Assembly (NCBI RefSeq): GCF_964204865.1
Contig: NC_135251.1
Coordinates: 16,244,001-16,308,000, forward strand
Direction: 5' to 3'
Origin: Styela clava
Lineage: Eukaryota
Length of the DNA: 64,000 nucleotides
In this document: piece after piece, positions 1-12,170 of the stretch
Layout: each line of letters begins with the position of its first letter
How positions within the stretch are numbered: position 1 is the stretch's first letter
The notes under the pieces: model-generated
The model's input: the letters and a program-made list of their open reading frames with translations, nothing else
Told to the model about the DNA's origin: nothing
The model's database searches: none
Position numbers and translations under genes: made by a program

Positions 1-2064
1 TTTCATACCAGACGAAGCATACAGTGCGAATGTCGTCTTACCTCAGCCCCAGGGAGGGACCATGTTTGATCGAGATGAAACGTCGACCAATTATCGCTTG
101 TCAGCGCGGCGTCCACTATGCACATTTGGACTTTCTGGATTACGAAATTAAACGTAGTCCACGATAATAATGTAGCCCGAGTTAGCCAATAACGCTGTTA
201 GCCACAAATAATATGGAAATTTTTGTTCGCAATCGTTGTCGGGTGAACAATTGTTTTTCTCGAAATCTATTTAATTTAATCTTGGTTAAATTTATCGTTT
301 TCAAGCATATTTTTGCAAGCATTTCGCATTTATAGTAATTCAGATGCAATTAGAATGTTTTTGTTTTATTACTCTATGCTGCTGGCATAAATGTAAAATA
401 TTGTCCTGAAATTTTGAAGATAAAGAATCGGTAATAAGGCCGGCCTTAATTCAATATAACAAGAAGTGAAATACCAGTCACATATCATACAGGTGTCGGA
501 CTAGGGAAGGCAGTACTGTTTCTGTGTTTATAACATAATAGTAAAACTGTTCCCTGCTTATTTTCTCGTATGAATTCCATCAAATTGCTTCAGTCCTGAT
601 ACAAGTATAACACAATAATAACTCAGTATTGTAAGACTCACAGATAAGTTGCAACAGCAAGTTTTTCATCAATGCTACATCTTTTTTATCATGATGGAAA
701 TAAGTGTGGCTTTTTCACTGAAAACCCCTTATCATCCTTGCTATATAGCTTATTCCATTTCAAAGTTTTTCTCTTCTAGATTTGAGCTTTTTGTGACTTT
801 GAGCAAACATACGCATGCAATAAGAAAAAAAAAAGCTCAATGGAATCAGATTCGGAAAAAGTCGATTTGAAAATTTTTGATTCGAGATTCGATTTGAAAA
901 AAAATGTATACTGCAGTGGCAACCCTATTTGGGAGTACCGAAAATAATAGGATAAATTCATAGGGAGAATGCAACTGATACCAACCTGAAGGCGGAATAT
1001 TCGACTCACGTCACATGTTTTGTACGCAATTACTATACAGTTATTTTTACAAAAGCCTTTCAACCATTTATGAGCGTCGACAAGGAAGTATCCCTCGAGG
1101 ACTGTCGTTCCTGATAAGATTGTCAAATGGCCGGTCACTGTGATCACTATGCTCAACGGCGATGTAAGGCTATCTGGAATAGTCATAAGATTCAGTGTCG
1201 CTGTATTGTGAGTTTTGGAGTTCAATGTGACGGGTTGAAAAACAAGCATCAAGAGTAGCTCGAATTTACTAAATAAAATACTCATATATTCAAATAGGTA
1301 GGTAATTGCATTTTATGCTTATCATAGGGGGTGTGCCGCACTTTCATGTGTTTTAGGCCAGTATGGTCTTGTGTATACATCCAGTCTTCAATGTTGATAT
1401 TTACTAACTCCTGTGTTTTTGCTTTTACGAGACGAATAAACATACATACATACAAATGTGACCTGCGGTTACGTGGTTTGCTATCATCGTGAACAGTAAC
1501 CTATTAATTATTTTTCATTCATTACTTTAATCGTGTTTGATGTATTCAAAAAATATGAAATTCAAATTTTCCCAACGACGAAAATTAGCTTGGTACATTA
1601 CCTTCACTAGTTTTCCATTCTCCCGATTTTGCGCACATAGCATCCCCTGCAAGTGAAATACGCGGGATTAATTACTATGCACCGATTGGCCACAGGGCAG
1701 TTGTCATTTATTTTATGGTTGTGTATTATAAACCCCCGCTTTAGAAAGTTAGCACCGGTATGTGTTGTTGAAACAAATCGTAGAATATTCAGTGATGCCG
1801 TTGGCTAATGATTGTTGTTATTCAATTTTACAGACTACGTAACAATGATCAACTTACCAGTTCCTACAGCTTTCGGCAGAAGTCTGGCATATTTGCTCAG
1901 ACCCCAGGTCCTATTTAGATTGCCTGTCACAGACTCGTTCATGAATATAGTTCTTCGCAAAGCCACCCAAAAAGTAAACCAGCTCCGTGCGTGCTTCCTT
2001 GTTTATTTCCGTAACAATCGCTATCGGCATTAGCTTTACGGTGATGTAACAATTGGTGTCTTCT

Positions 2065-2350
2065 CGACCCTTGACCCCAGAAAAATTCTCCCTGTAAATT
2101 TTTGATGGCCATTATGGGAGCACAAGAGTGTTTTGAAAAGTCGACGCTTACAAACTGTTTTACGTGTGGATCTATTTAAAATACATATATATATATATGA
2201 AAGGAAATTCAATAACTTGCCACTAACAGCTATCGATACCTAATTTTGGCCTAGTCTATCGCATCAACTATCTATCTACGGTAACTATCTATCTATCTTT
2301 CCATGGACTGATTTTTGAATACTGCAACTAAATTAAGGCTCCTTGGAATA
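2065..2350 (+). repeat. Interspersed repeat shared with ~10340-10635
   Basis: Both copies share cccttgaccc...attctccct...taatttt.gcctag...tgcaactaaa.taa.gctc. Confidence 0.6.
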
Positions 2351-2539
2351 CATTAGCCAGATGCGCCACATTGCCAAGTTAGTTGTCAGGTTGTACTGTA
2401 TTGGTTTTCAGATAAGGATATTATTATTGTAGTATTATCACAATTGCAACTCTATACAGCTATACAAAGGCAGAAAGGTGTGATACTATACCTGAGATAT
2501 TCATGTCTGGTATACAGGTATATTTTAGTACCACATGCA

Positions 2540-2887
2540 GATAGGATAGGATTTACATAGGCTATTTATCCAGGGGAGAGGAAAACCGATAGGAGGGCTT
2601 ATCCATATGGCGAACCACGGCCTCTCGCGCGGTTACCATTCCAAGTCGGGTACCGGTATGGGATTAGTTATATTGTTTGTTTTGGGAAGCATGGACTTGG
2701 TGGTGGAGAAAGCCGTACCCGACCAGCGGTTAGGTGAACCACCCAACGACGGCGAGGAGTCCAGCAATCCTCTCGCACATAACCATCCCTGCATGGGATT
2801 CGAACCTGCGAACCCACGCAGAGTAATTAGAGGTGCGGTGGCGAGCGTATTCCTAACGTTTAGCCTGTTAAGCCACACCGCCGCGCC
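2540..2887 (-). mobile_element. tRNA-derived SINE, full-length copy
   Basis: Closely similar reverse complement of 46691-47046, with pol III A box, B box GGTTCGAATCC and (ATCCT)n tail. Confidence 0.85.
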
Positions 2888-2888
2888 A

Positions 2889-3274
2889 CTTCTAGTTGGC
2901 CTGGCTCAACAATTTTTGCATATGTTAATCCTAACCCCCACCTGACTATGTCACCGAAATTGTGTCATTTTGGACGTCACAGTGGCGTAAAAAGACCCTC
3001 CCAAAGTATGAGGATGATCGTCCAAAACGCGCAGACGATCACTCGAAATCGAGCAAGCTAGTTCTCTCGTTTTTTCGTCACAACGATCACCATAGGAGAG
3101 AGATCGTCGGCGTTAGCAAGTTCGTTATCGGCGGCGCAGATGCCATTTCGGGCGATTGTAATTATACTTTGGCAAGCCATATCACGTGATGGTGACATAA
3201 TTTTTGGATGGCATAGTCAGGTGGGGATTAGGGATAACATATGCAAAATTCATTATGTTACACCCACTGGAAGT
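2889..3274. mobile_element. MITE with long imperfect terminal inverted repeats, just upstream of MRPS33
   Basis: Left acttctagttgg...tttgcatatgttaatcctaacccccacctgactatg mirrors right catagtcaggtggggattagggataacatatgcaaaa...ccactggaagt. Confidence 0.65.
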
Positions 3275-3348
3275 ACAAAACTATACTAGACCCAGACACT
3301 CAACCATCACTTCAATGTATTATTCTTATAATTTTCTAAGACTATAAG

Positions 3349-4180
3349 ATGAGTAGAAGTCCGTCTCAATATGCTAAGCACATGAAACATCTGAGTGCCA
3401 GAATATTTGGAGAACCTACTCAACAGCAACAATTTCAAGCACATAGAGTCATCAAGCTTATGTCCAAGCAGCCATTCTATAAAAAAACTGAGTTTGTCAA
3501 TTATTATCCGAAGATTTTTGAGACTGGAAGACTATTCATCAAACTCAGGGATTTGGGACTATATGTGTGAGTAGTAACTTTTCAAATGTAGAGATGATTT
3601 ATGATTCAGATATTTATTTTTGTCATGCAAAACCAGTATACAGATATACAATATGAAATAAATAAAAAGTACATAACAAATTAAAAAAACGTATATCGGC
3701 TTGTTGCAGTGGATTAGGGTTCGCGAAAGACTCAAAGAGTCATAGTCAAGTTTATTTTTTCCAACCAGTAATGTAATAAACAGATACAAAAATATATGCG
3801 AAAAAGTAAAGAACATAATTTTACTGGGGAAGGGAAGCCACCAGTCAACGACACTTTGTAGCTGCATTGAAGCAGCAAATATAGCAACCGAACAACTCAA
3901 TATTACACATTTACTAAATTGGACACAATCGTATAAAAAAGGGCAACAAAAAGAATACCAAATAAACTGCAAATGCCACAATGACTATGAGGTAGTATAT
4001 GTCAGCTTGTGGTCTCTAATTATTGTCAAAATTGACTATTGTTTCATAAATCATCATATATGTTTGTGTGATCTTTCTATTTTTAGAGATGAACATTTGG
4101 ACTTCAATGAAGAATACCAACGCTTGAGAGAAGCCAGAGGGAAAGTATTTGTGAGAAAAGACTGGTCAAAGAAAAATTAA
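3349..4180 (+). CDS. MRPS33: Mitochondrial ribosomal protein S33 (2 exons, ~103 aa)
   Basis: Exons 3349-3566 and 4087-4180 with a GT-AG phase-2 intron. Translation MSRSPSQYAKHMKHLSARIFGE...YYP...LRDLGLYVDEHLDFNEEYQRLREARGK matches the mS33 motifs LSARIFG and LGLYxDEHxDF. Confidence 0.93.
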
Positions 4181-4258
4181 TTTTATATAACAACACTACA
4201 TTTCATATTTGTCTCACCTGCCTCATTTGTCAACAAACTTAACATTTTAATTTAAAAA

Positions 4259-5436
4259 ATGGAGGTTGAGGATCAGAACTCTGCAAAAACACAGGAATTG
4301 TCAACCAACCCAAGTAAAAACGACAATGTTCCCTCACTTCCAAGAGACCCCACATTGGATTGCGCTATATGCTTGCAACGTTTTGTTCAACCTATTCAAC
4401 TTCCATGCAGCCACACATTTTGCTTCTTGTGTGCAAAGGTTAGAATTGACTCATATAATACAATTATCTGGTAGGGATAATTAGAGTAGTGATATCAATC
4501 AGCATGGGGAAAATTTCTCGTTTTGAGCCTTCAAAAAACTGACACAGCAAACCTTACTAGTTCTTGTATATCATCTATTCTTTTTTTTTTCTTATATATT
4601 TTTTTAAATTGACTATAAGTAGTGTGAGATATCGCCTTGTATATATCGCATTTCAAGAAAATTGTTAAACAAAGTATTACACTTACAATATTAACTTTTT
4701 TATCATTGATAGTGCACTCGAAAACTTATGCTGACATTTTTAGAAAATGGTCTCAATTCCAGTCCTTGGGCCTGTTTGTCAGAATTTCACTTTATTAAAT
4801 TCTGTAAGGCCTAGAAATATTATTTTTCATCCAAAAATGGATGAATCAAGTGAGTTTTGAATACATTCCCAGTATACCATATTATATGAATGTTAATTCT
4901 AAACATTTGTGATCTATCTAACATAATGTATATTTGATTAGGGTATTGCACTTCAACGACAGCCTTGTGCTCTCTGCAGGACTGATATTCCCGCTGATTT
5001 CTTAACCAAACCTGGACAATTTCAAGCCAAACATCGTTCGAAACCAGGGACAGAAGATATAGCCACGCATATGTGGTACTATCAAGGTCATAAAGGATGG
5101 TGGCAATATGACATCAGAACGTCTGCTGACATTGAGGATGCATATAATCGCAAAGATAAATCCATTGACATCTTAATAGCTGGAGCCATTTATGTCATAG
5201 ACTTAGAGGAAATGGTACAGTATCGACGAGATATGAACTCCAGGAAAAGAAAAATCAAAAGAGATATAGTGGATGCCCAGAAAAAGGGTGTAGCCGGTAT
5301 GACTGGGTCCACCTCATCTACAGACACATCTACAAGTGCATCAACTTTGGGTGCTAGTGACTCCCAGTTGAGACAAGGTCCAATAGGCGATGGAAATGAT
5401 CCTGTTGTTGGATCCCAAACAGGAGGGTGTAACTGA
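4259..5436 (+). CDS. RNF146: E3 ubiquitin ligase RNF146/Iduna (RING + WWE, ~224 aa)
   Basis: Exons 4259-4438 and 4942-5436, phase 0. C3HC4 RING (CAICLQ...[13 protein letters not shown]|G...CALCR) followed by a WWE domain ([13 protein letters not shown]...[13 protein letters not shown]...KRKIKRD...KKGVAG). Confidence 0.94.
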
Positions 5437-6018
5437 CTCCCAAATACACATTATTAGACTTCAAAGTGCTTAGCCTACCGAAATAGATATCTGCGCATCA
5501 AATATATTATTTCCATGTAAAAACATATGCACTTGTTCAAATCAGAATAGCTGTATTATTGAACTTGCAAATCACGGGTACAATGTGTACAGATTTATTT
5601 TTGCCTCTCATAGTTTATAGTTCACTAATTACTTGTTCAGTTAAGTTATCAATTCCTCTAACACAAAATATATTTAGACACAGTCTCCAACACAATGATG
5701 TAAATATTTAAAACCAAACAGCCCAACATTCCATAGCTAGCTGCTTCTGCAGTAAAATACATTAGATAATGGAACCGCCTGAAAACTAATTCTTCAAGCG
5801 CATCACCTGCTCTAACAAGTAGAATACTGATTTCTGTATTATAGAGAAAATGCTATATTTAATATCATCTGCTGTATTCTGATTGGCAGATGTGAATAAA
5901 TTTTCAAATGTATCCTAAGACTCGGTGGTTAGAAATAATATGCTCTTTGTTGCAGTATTGTTTAGCTTGACCAGCCACCCCCTTTTAAAATTTTCAAAGA
6001 ACGAAATAGTGTCTATAG

Positions 6019-6442
6019 CAGGGGTGGGCAACTTCTCTAGTCGGGGGGCCAGATCAGATGTGGGAAAATGAAGTCCCCGGCGGGCCAGATTATTACAAAA
6101 AATACCTATCTTTGTTAAATGCTCGACACTCTGTCAACTTCACGTTTCTTGGAATATTTCATGGTTAATAAAACTTAATATAAAATCTAATTATAAATAT
6201 ACCTGATAACAGAAGTAGGAATGTATGCGACGCGCACGCGCTCTGCTTTGAACTTATATTGTTAGTTTGAAAAGTGTGCTAACGCAATTGTTTATTTCCC
6301 CAGCTCGCACTAACAGTGCGGTGACAGTAGAGCGATCGGCAACTTTCAGGAATGATGCGTCGGACCACATTAGAGAGTGTGGTTGGATATAGTCAGCAGG
6401 CCGGTCAGAATCTCGTCGCGGGCTGTATGTTGCCCACCCCTG
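6019..6442. mobile_element. hAT-type MITE
   Basis: TIRs CAGGGGTGGGCAAC/GTTGCCCACCCCTG; perfect 8-bp TSD GTCTATAG. Confidence 0.9.
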
Positions 6443-6914
6443 GTCTATAGAATGCACTTTCACATAACCAGTTTCGTCAAAATCAGGGATTCATTTTTAT
6501 CGATATGACGCTCCCGGAATTTGCATTGCCAACATTATGATGAGTTGTACCAGGCAATGCCGCCTGTCTAGCCACTAGCTAAATAATGTAATATGATTAA
6601 TCGACATTTTTCCAACCGTGATATCTTTAAGAGGAAGTCAGTGTCGCAAGATGTGAATCAAAACCAGATATAACCAGGCAGTTTACCCAGATTAGAAGAC
6701 TTTAAAAATGGGTAGTGCAACTTCTTGCGGATGCCATTCCACGACAATTCAGATTTGAGCCCCCCCCCCCCCGTTTTGAAAACGCTGGTTGCACCGTTGC
6801 CTGACAACAACAACCATCGACAAGGAATTTAAAAATACAATTCTGGGTCGATAAGTGGTTGACTGGAGTATCCCCCCAACATTCATTCAATGAAGTAAAT
6901 TTCAAACAAGAGAT

Positions 6915-7698
6915 CTATTTGAAATGATCTAATAAAACATTTAAAAATCTTGCTGCTGAATGATGAGGATGTTTATGCTTCTGAGAATTCCATGAAAACC
7001 TGGACAACAAGTTATTCCATATCATGTTAAAGGTGTATCGCAACTCATCCATTGTCTCAGAGAGTTGAACTTCTATTGAACAACCATGTTTGAACTTTAT
7101 CATGGACATCAACATCAAGCTTTGTGCCACACAGATAGTCATGTGTGTCAAATTGTATTTGTGATAATGTCGCTTATTTTGTAATAACACCATGGCTAAG
7201 CTTGCACCTGGAGATCCTCCAGCTAAACTGAAACTAAAAAAATCAGAATGAGCATAGCGAAAATTTTTTGATAAAAACACCCAGATGGAGCCAAAGCTAG
7301 CAGGAATTCTAGTGCTTCCAGCTCCTATTCCTCTAATTATTAATTCCCATTTATATTTCATAAAAATGATAAACTTCAAGCCAAATTTGTATGAAGTATA
7401 AAATCCATAGTCACACTGCTGATGTAGTGCGCTACGAAAATAAAGCAAAAGGTTTATGAGGATATCCTATCAAAATATAAGAATGTGTTTTTAATTACCC
7501 ATGTAAAATTGGCTCCGGTATATTTGCTGGATTTTCATAAGTCAAGCTAGATATAGTAGCATCAATAGTGTGAACAAAAAAAGTAAGTCCGTTAATTGAA
7601 ACAAAATAATTGAAAGCTAAATCATCATCCAAGTCTTCCAGCAAAATTAATACAGATCTTGCAACACTCCAACCAAACAGCAAACATAATTTGTCCAT
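6915..7698 (-). CDS. DUF1294-like (YsdA-like) small membrane protein, 2 exons, ~172 aa
   Basis: Exon 7698-7499 (donor GG|GTAATT) spliced in phase 2 to exon 7233-6915 (acceptor TTTTTAG) joins two ORF-track fragments. The junction reads INGLTFFVHTID...NIPEPILHGFSLAGGSPGASLAMVLL, resembling from memory the DUF1294 pattern TFxxYGxDK...IPExxLHxxxxxGGxPGAxLAM. Confidence 0.6.
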
Positions 7699-7722
7699 GG
7701 TATGACAGTTTATATCCCGAAC

Positions 7723-8234
7723 TTATTTGACAGCAGGTGCTGGAAGAGATTCAAAAGTCAGGTCTTCAAATGATCCTGTCAATAAAACGCCTGCGCCAAA
7801 AAGTGCGATGTTGATAAGGAATTTCCTGCAATATCAAAACAAAGTAGTTTTTCAATATAAGATCTTATTAACTTTCAAATTAACGAATGCATCTATGTTG
7901 ACTCATTTTTCATTAAAAGAATTTTATGTTTATAGAATTTTCTTGCAAGATGGTCCAAAGTAGCGCTATAATCAAATTTCGCAGCTATGTTGAAGATTTT
8001 TTTGGGTGACCCATCAGCCTTTTCCATGAACAAGGACACTAAAATGTAAGAAACTATGATAGTTTGGAAGGACTGTAATCTACCTACTTGGTTCGGCATT
8101 GCCTACCGAATTTATTACAACCTGGCAGAGATAGAAAATTCACACAAACACATAGCTTACCTCTTCGATGAATTTGTAAACCACTCTTTCACAATGTTCA
8201 TGTATGATTTCTTTGATTTATCTGTAGGAGTCAT
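7723..8234 (-). CDS. TOM6-like mitochondrial outer membrane translocase microprotein (58 aa)
   Basis: Exons 8234-8161 (donor AG|GTAAGC) and 7825-7723 (acceptor TTGCAG) give MTPTDKSKKSYMNIVKEWFTNSSKRKFLINIALFGAGVLLTGSFEDLTFESLPAPAVK. RKFLINIALFGAGVLL resembles vertebrate TOMM6 RRNLILNLGLFAAGVWL (single tail-anchor TM). Confidence 0.6.
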
Positions 8235-8970
8235 TTTCAAGAACTGAGCATTAAGCTAGACTCAATCTAATAATGTTAGTCACTATATAAATCAAAAACA
8301 TCGAATATCGATAATGAAACACAGGCACAATTGATAATATGAAAAGGACAAAATTTATAAAAATATGCAGCATCAACCGGATTCTTCAATTCAGATTGAT
8401 TTCTTACCAACAATTGTACAGTTTGTTATATTGTTAATAGTAAATCCACGTCTCACAGTCACACACACCAAAGGTATGTTGATAAGGTTATTGTAGTACT
8501 ACCGGTACATCTGAGTGGCTTTTACAGAGTTTCAGAAATACCAGGGATGGCCATATTCTAAAATTAACAATTAAAAAAAATATGGCAAATATACATTTGC
8601 AGACTGAAATTTTAATAAGAGCAAAAAGCAATGAATGTGTTTTCTACTTCTATCAGGATAAATTCAATGTAAAATCTGGTATAGTTAAATAGATGGATGC
8701 AAAGTCTTTCTGGACTCATCGATAGAGTTCATGCATCCATACATTGGCTGAGTAGGTTTTCCTCCAACATCCAAGGAAAGATTGATTGGTTGACCCCTGA
8801 CTGACATGGTGACTGGACAAGATAGAGAGAGTTCCTCCCATATGATTAATCACGAAAAATCCTAAATTTTAAATAGTTTTGGCTGGTCGTATTTTCAAAC
8901 TTTTCACAGTCAACAATAAATTCAGGAAATTAAGTCAAATTTATGAACCACAGCAGGCAGCAAAATAATA

Positions 8971-9522
8971 TCAGCTCTCCCCAGAGCGTGATTTTTTACC
9001 ATATTTGTCGACCTTGTTCTGCCGAATCTTACGCTTTTTATCTTTGCTTGCAGATGCAGAGTCTTGGGTACTGACAGAACTATATCCATCTTCCGAGTTA
9101 TTTTTATTTTTAACACTCGATGTGGAAATTTTGCCATTTGAATCTGAACGTTTTAACAGTTTGTTTCCTCCATTTTCTCTAGATTGTTTTTCTTTGCTTG
9201 AACTAGAGTCTCCATCTTTTCGAGAATCCACTCCACTTACAGCCGCCGCAGATGTGATTGAAGATTTACTAAAAAGTCTTTCAGCTTCTTTAAATTTTCT
9301 GTTTCTACGATCTGATTTGCTATTAGTGTTTTTATTATTTGTCAAATATCTGTCCCATCCTCTAATGATGTTTCCATAGAGTTGAGTATCTTCCAAATAG
9401 CTTCCTTCAAAAGCGTAAATTTGGCGCTCAAGATTTGCTAAAGTTTCAGTTATTTCTTCTTTTCGCTTTACTAACTCTGATAGTTCTGCTCTGGTGTTGG
9501 ATCCTTGGTTTTTATTAGACAT
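8971..9522 (-). CDS. MEAF6: Chromatin modification protein MEAF6/Eaf6 (NuA4/HBO1/MOZ subunit), intronless, ~183 aa
   Basis: [12 protein letters not shown]...[33 protein letters not shown]...[17 protein letters not shown] is the Eaf6 signature. Likely ATG at 9522, just after a TTTCAG acceptor. Confidence 0.96.
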   Translation of the reverse strand: MSNKNQGSNTRAELSELVKRKEEITETLANLERQIYAFEGSYLEDTQLYGNIIRGWDRYLTNNKNTNSKSDRRNRKFKEAERLFSKSSITSAAAVSGVDSRKDGDSSSSKEKQSRENGGNKLLKRSDSNGKISTSSVKNKNNSEDGYSSVSTQDSASASKDKKRKIRQNKVDKYGKKSRSGES

Positions 9523-10719
9523 ATTGAAAACTGAAACAGAAGACATATGACTGTATGACATATTAACTACCATATGAAAATCTTGTTCTTTGGTTTGCAG
9601 GTTTAACCCAAGCTAAAATGAAAATCATTCAGAAATGAAATATCAAATAATTAAAAGTGCAAATGATTAGCCTGCTCCAAATTTTCAGATTTTTGAATCA
9701 ATTATTGAATTAGAAAGACTAAGCACCTAGATTTAGGTTATATTGAAGCAAAAGCTATAATGGCCAAAGAAAATTGGGTGTTATATTGGTATGGGATTTC
9801 AACATATATTATACAGCAAATATTGTTATTTGCTCATGCTTATTGTATTATGTACTTGTATCGGAAATAAATCATTATCTATCTATCAACATTTATGTGA
9901 TCTCAGTGCAGCAGTGATTCTAGTTAGGGTTAAGAGCTGAAATATATGAGAATGTCTGAATGAAGCACCACTTTGGTATACAATTGAGATCACACTGAAC
10001 AAGTGAGGTCGCATACCAAAGTGGCAACCCATTATGCATTATGATTTTTTATAACTTTGTCATATATGTGCCTATGTTTGCCCATTTTGATATCATTCGT
10101 ATTTAAACTATTACTTCGCCAAAAATAAATTACACTTTTATAATACCTAAATACTCATGGACTAAATATATGCGATACACTATTATTCAATGATAGACCT
10201 AAAAAAAAACAGAATTATTGCCCTATATTCTGATACCGTATTATATTTCAAGTAATGAATAAAATTGGTAGGTTGGGTTGAGTCGAGTCAAACTGAAAAT
10301 ACATAGACTATCATAAGCTTCTACGATTGAGGTTTTCCCCTACCCTTGACCCAGTGGCCCCAAAAATATTCTCCCTAATTTTTTGACGCTGAATTGGATT
10401 TTTTTTGAAGAGTTTGCACTTATAAATAAACTTGTTATACTGTTAGACTGGCCTATATGTTCAAAAGCATTATTTTTGTTAAAAACAATTAACCACGTGC
10501 CGCTCACAGATACCGGTATCTAATTTTAGCCTAGCCCTGTCAGCCTGTACGTACCGGTGCCGGTACGGTAGACCATCGCAGCTTTTTCGAGACTAATTTT
10601 TGATTATTGCAACTAAACTAAAGCTCTGTGGAAAGCATAACGACTTTTATACGGTACTATTTGATTTACAACTAATTTTTGGAAACACAACTGAAAACTA
10701 ATACGCAAAATCACAAAAA

Positions 10720-11140
10720 AAGAGGCGCAGTTCTTACCACTTCATGGCAGCTCCTGCCACGAACGAACCGCGGCAGCTCTTGCCATGGTTTTATAGCGCT
10801 ATTCAGTAATCAGTATTAACGGTATATTCACAAATTAATGTACCAGATTTTAATTGATCATGTGGAATTATATCTACTTAAACCCTAACCCTAACCCCAA
10901 ATCAATCAAAACTGTATCCATAAGAAAAACGTTCCAACTTACCCAATATTTGTCACCATAATAGACAGCCCAGTCTTTACGGCCCACCTGCCGCGGTGAC
11001 GGCAGCTCGACATTGGTTTGTGGCAGCTAAAAAGTCAGTTGCCATGAGTTTGGCCGTAGCGGCCATGGTATGAAAATACCGCCATGGTTTTGCGGCAGCT
11101 GCAGATGCCACAGAATACTTGAAACTGCACTTGAAAAAAG
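10720..11140. repeat. Interspersed repeat with GGCAGC-rich inverted motifs and a CCCTAA run
   Basis: Aligns with ~40060-40400. Confidence 0.65.
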
Positions 11141-11884
11141 AGGCATCGTTTTCACCCACGCTGGAATATCTGTCTGGGCGGCCGCAAAAATTCAATTGAT
11201 ACCATTCTGTTGTAAGGAGTCTTGCATAATTACGGTGAGTGCAAGGTGACTATAACACTTATAGACACTTTGGGTAAGTGCAAGGTGCCCCGCCGCCACA
11301 GGATGGCTCGTTTTGCCGAAGATGAAAGCAGATATCTAACAACATAACATATTGAAGAATATCTCCACAAACTTGCTTCGCTGTCTAAGTTTTTTCATTC
11401 ATCCCGGTTGGTTCATTTGAATGAAGGATTATAGATAGTGAGCCTAAGAAAAATGGTGTTGACAAAGAGACATACAAATTTATGCGCCACTTTAGATGCT
11501 GTAAAATAGCTTCTCAAAAAAAAAATGGGGGCCACCGCCCTCCCTGGCCACACCTATGTCTCTCTTTTCCAGAAGAAATTTGAAAATCCTATCCTGCGAG
11601 ATAAAAAAAATGGAGTCGGCAGAACTACATGCGAAAGATTATACAACAAATTGAGAGGAGTTAAACATATTGATTCCATAGTTTTGGATCTCACAGTGCA
11701 ACTCTCTACAAAACGTTCATAACTACCCTGAAGAGATGCAAATAAATAGGGTCTTTTTAGGCCGCGAGCCGAGGCAATTTATCTTTCAGTTTCGTAGCGC
11801 ACATAAGGTAACTACCTGAAAATTATTTTAAAATGTTCCTTAGAAATTTAGTAACAAATATTGCCTTGTTCCCACTTCCAAAAG

Positions 11885-12170
11885 TTGCACGTTTTACAAA
11901 AAAGACGCTTTTACTACAATAAATATGTGTTACCATCTGTCATATTTTCTCTGCTTTCCCGGTATCATGGGCCAATAAACGCAGACTTCTACATGACGTA
12001 ACAATCAAATTAGTCAGCTGTAGGTGGTTGCACGTTTTACAAAAAAGACGCTTTTACTACAATAAATATGTGTTACCATCTGTCCTATTTTCTCTGCTTT
12101 TCCGGTATCATGGGCCAATAAACGCAGACTTCTACATGACGTAACAATCAAATTAGTCAGCTGTAGGTGG
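11885..12170. repeat. 143-bp tandem duplication within the left TIR
   Basis: 11885-12027 is repeated almost exactly at 12028-12170; the right TIR has a single copy. Confidence 0.9.

Noticed and set aside
776-1285. 169-aa minus-strand ORF with a hydrophobic N-terminus and a plausible donor near 987
   Set aside because: No recognisable domain; candidate downstream exons (776-642, 596-475) hit stops in all frames.
2607-2945. 112-aa ORF with a 'paralog' at 46655-46975
   Set aside because: Both are antisense readings of the same SINE, not a gene family.
7234-7448. N-terminal part of the 177-aa ORF 6915-7448
   Set aside because: Best explained as intron read-through; the DUF1294-like motif forms only with the 7499/7233 splice.
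10880-10898. CCCTAA telomere-like run
   Set aside because: Only 2-3 units and part of a dispersed repeat also present near 40200.
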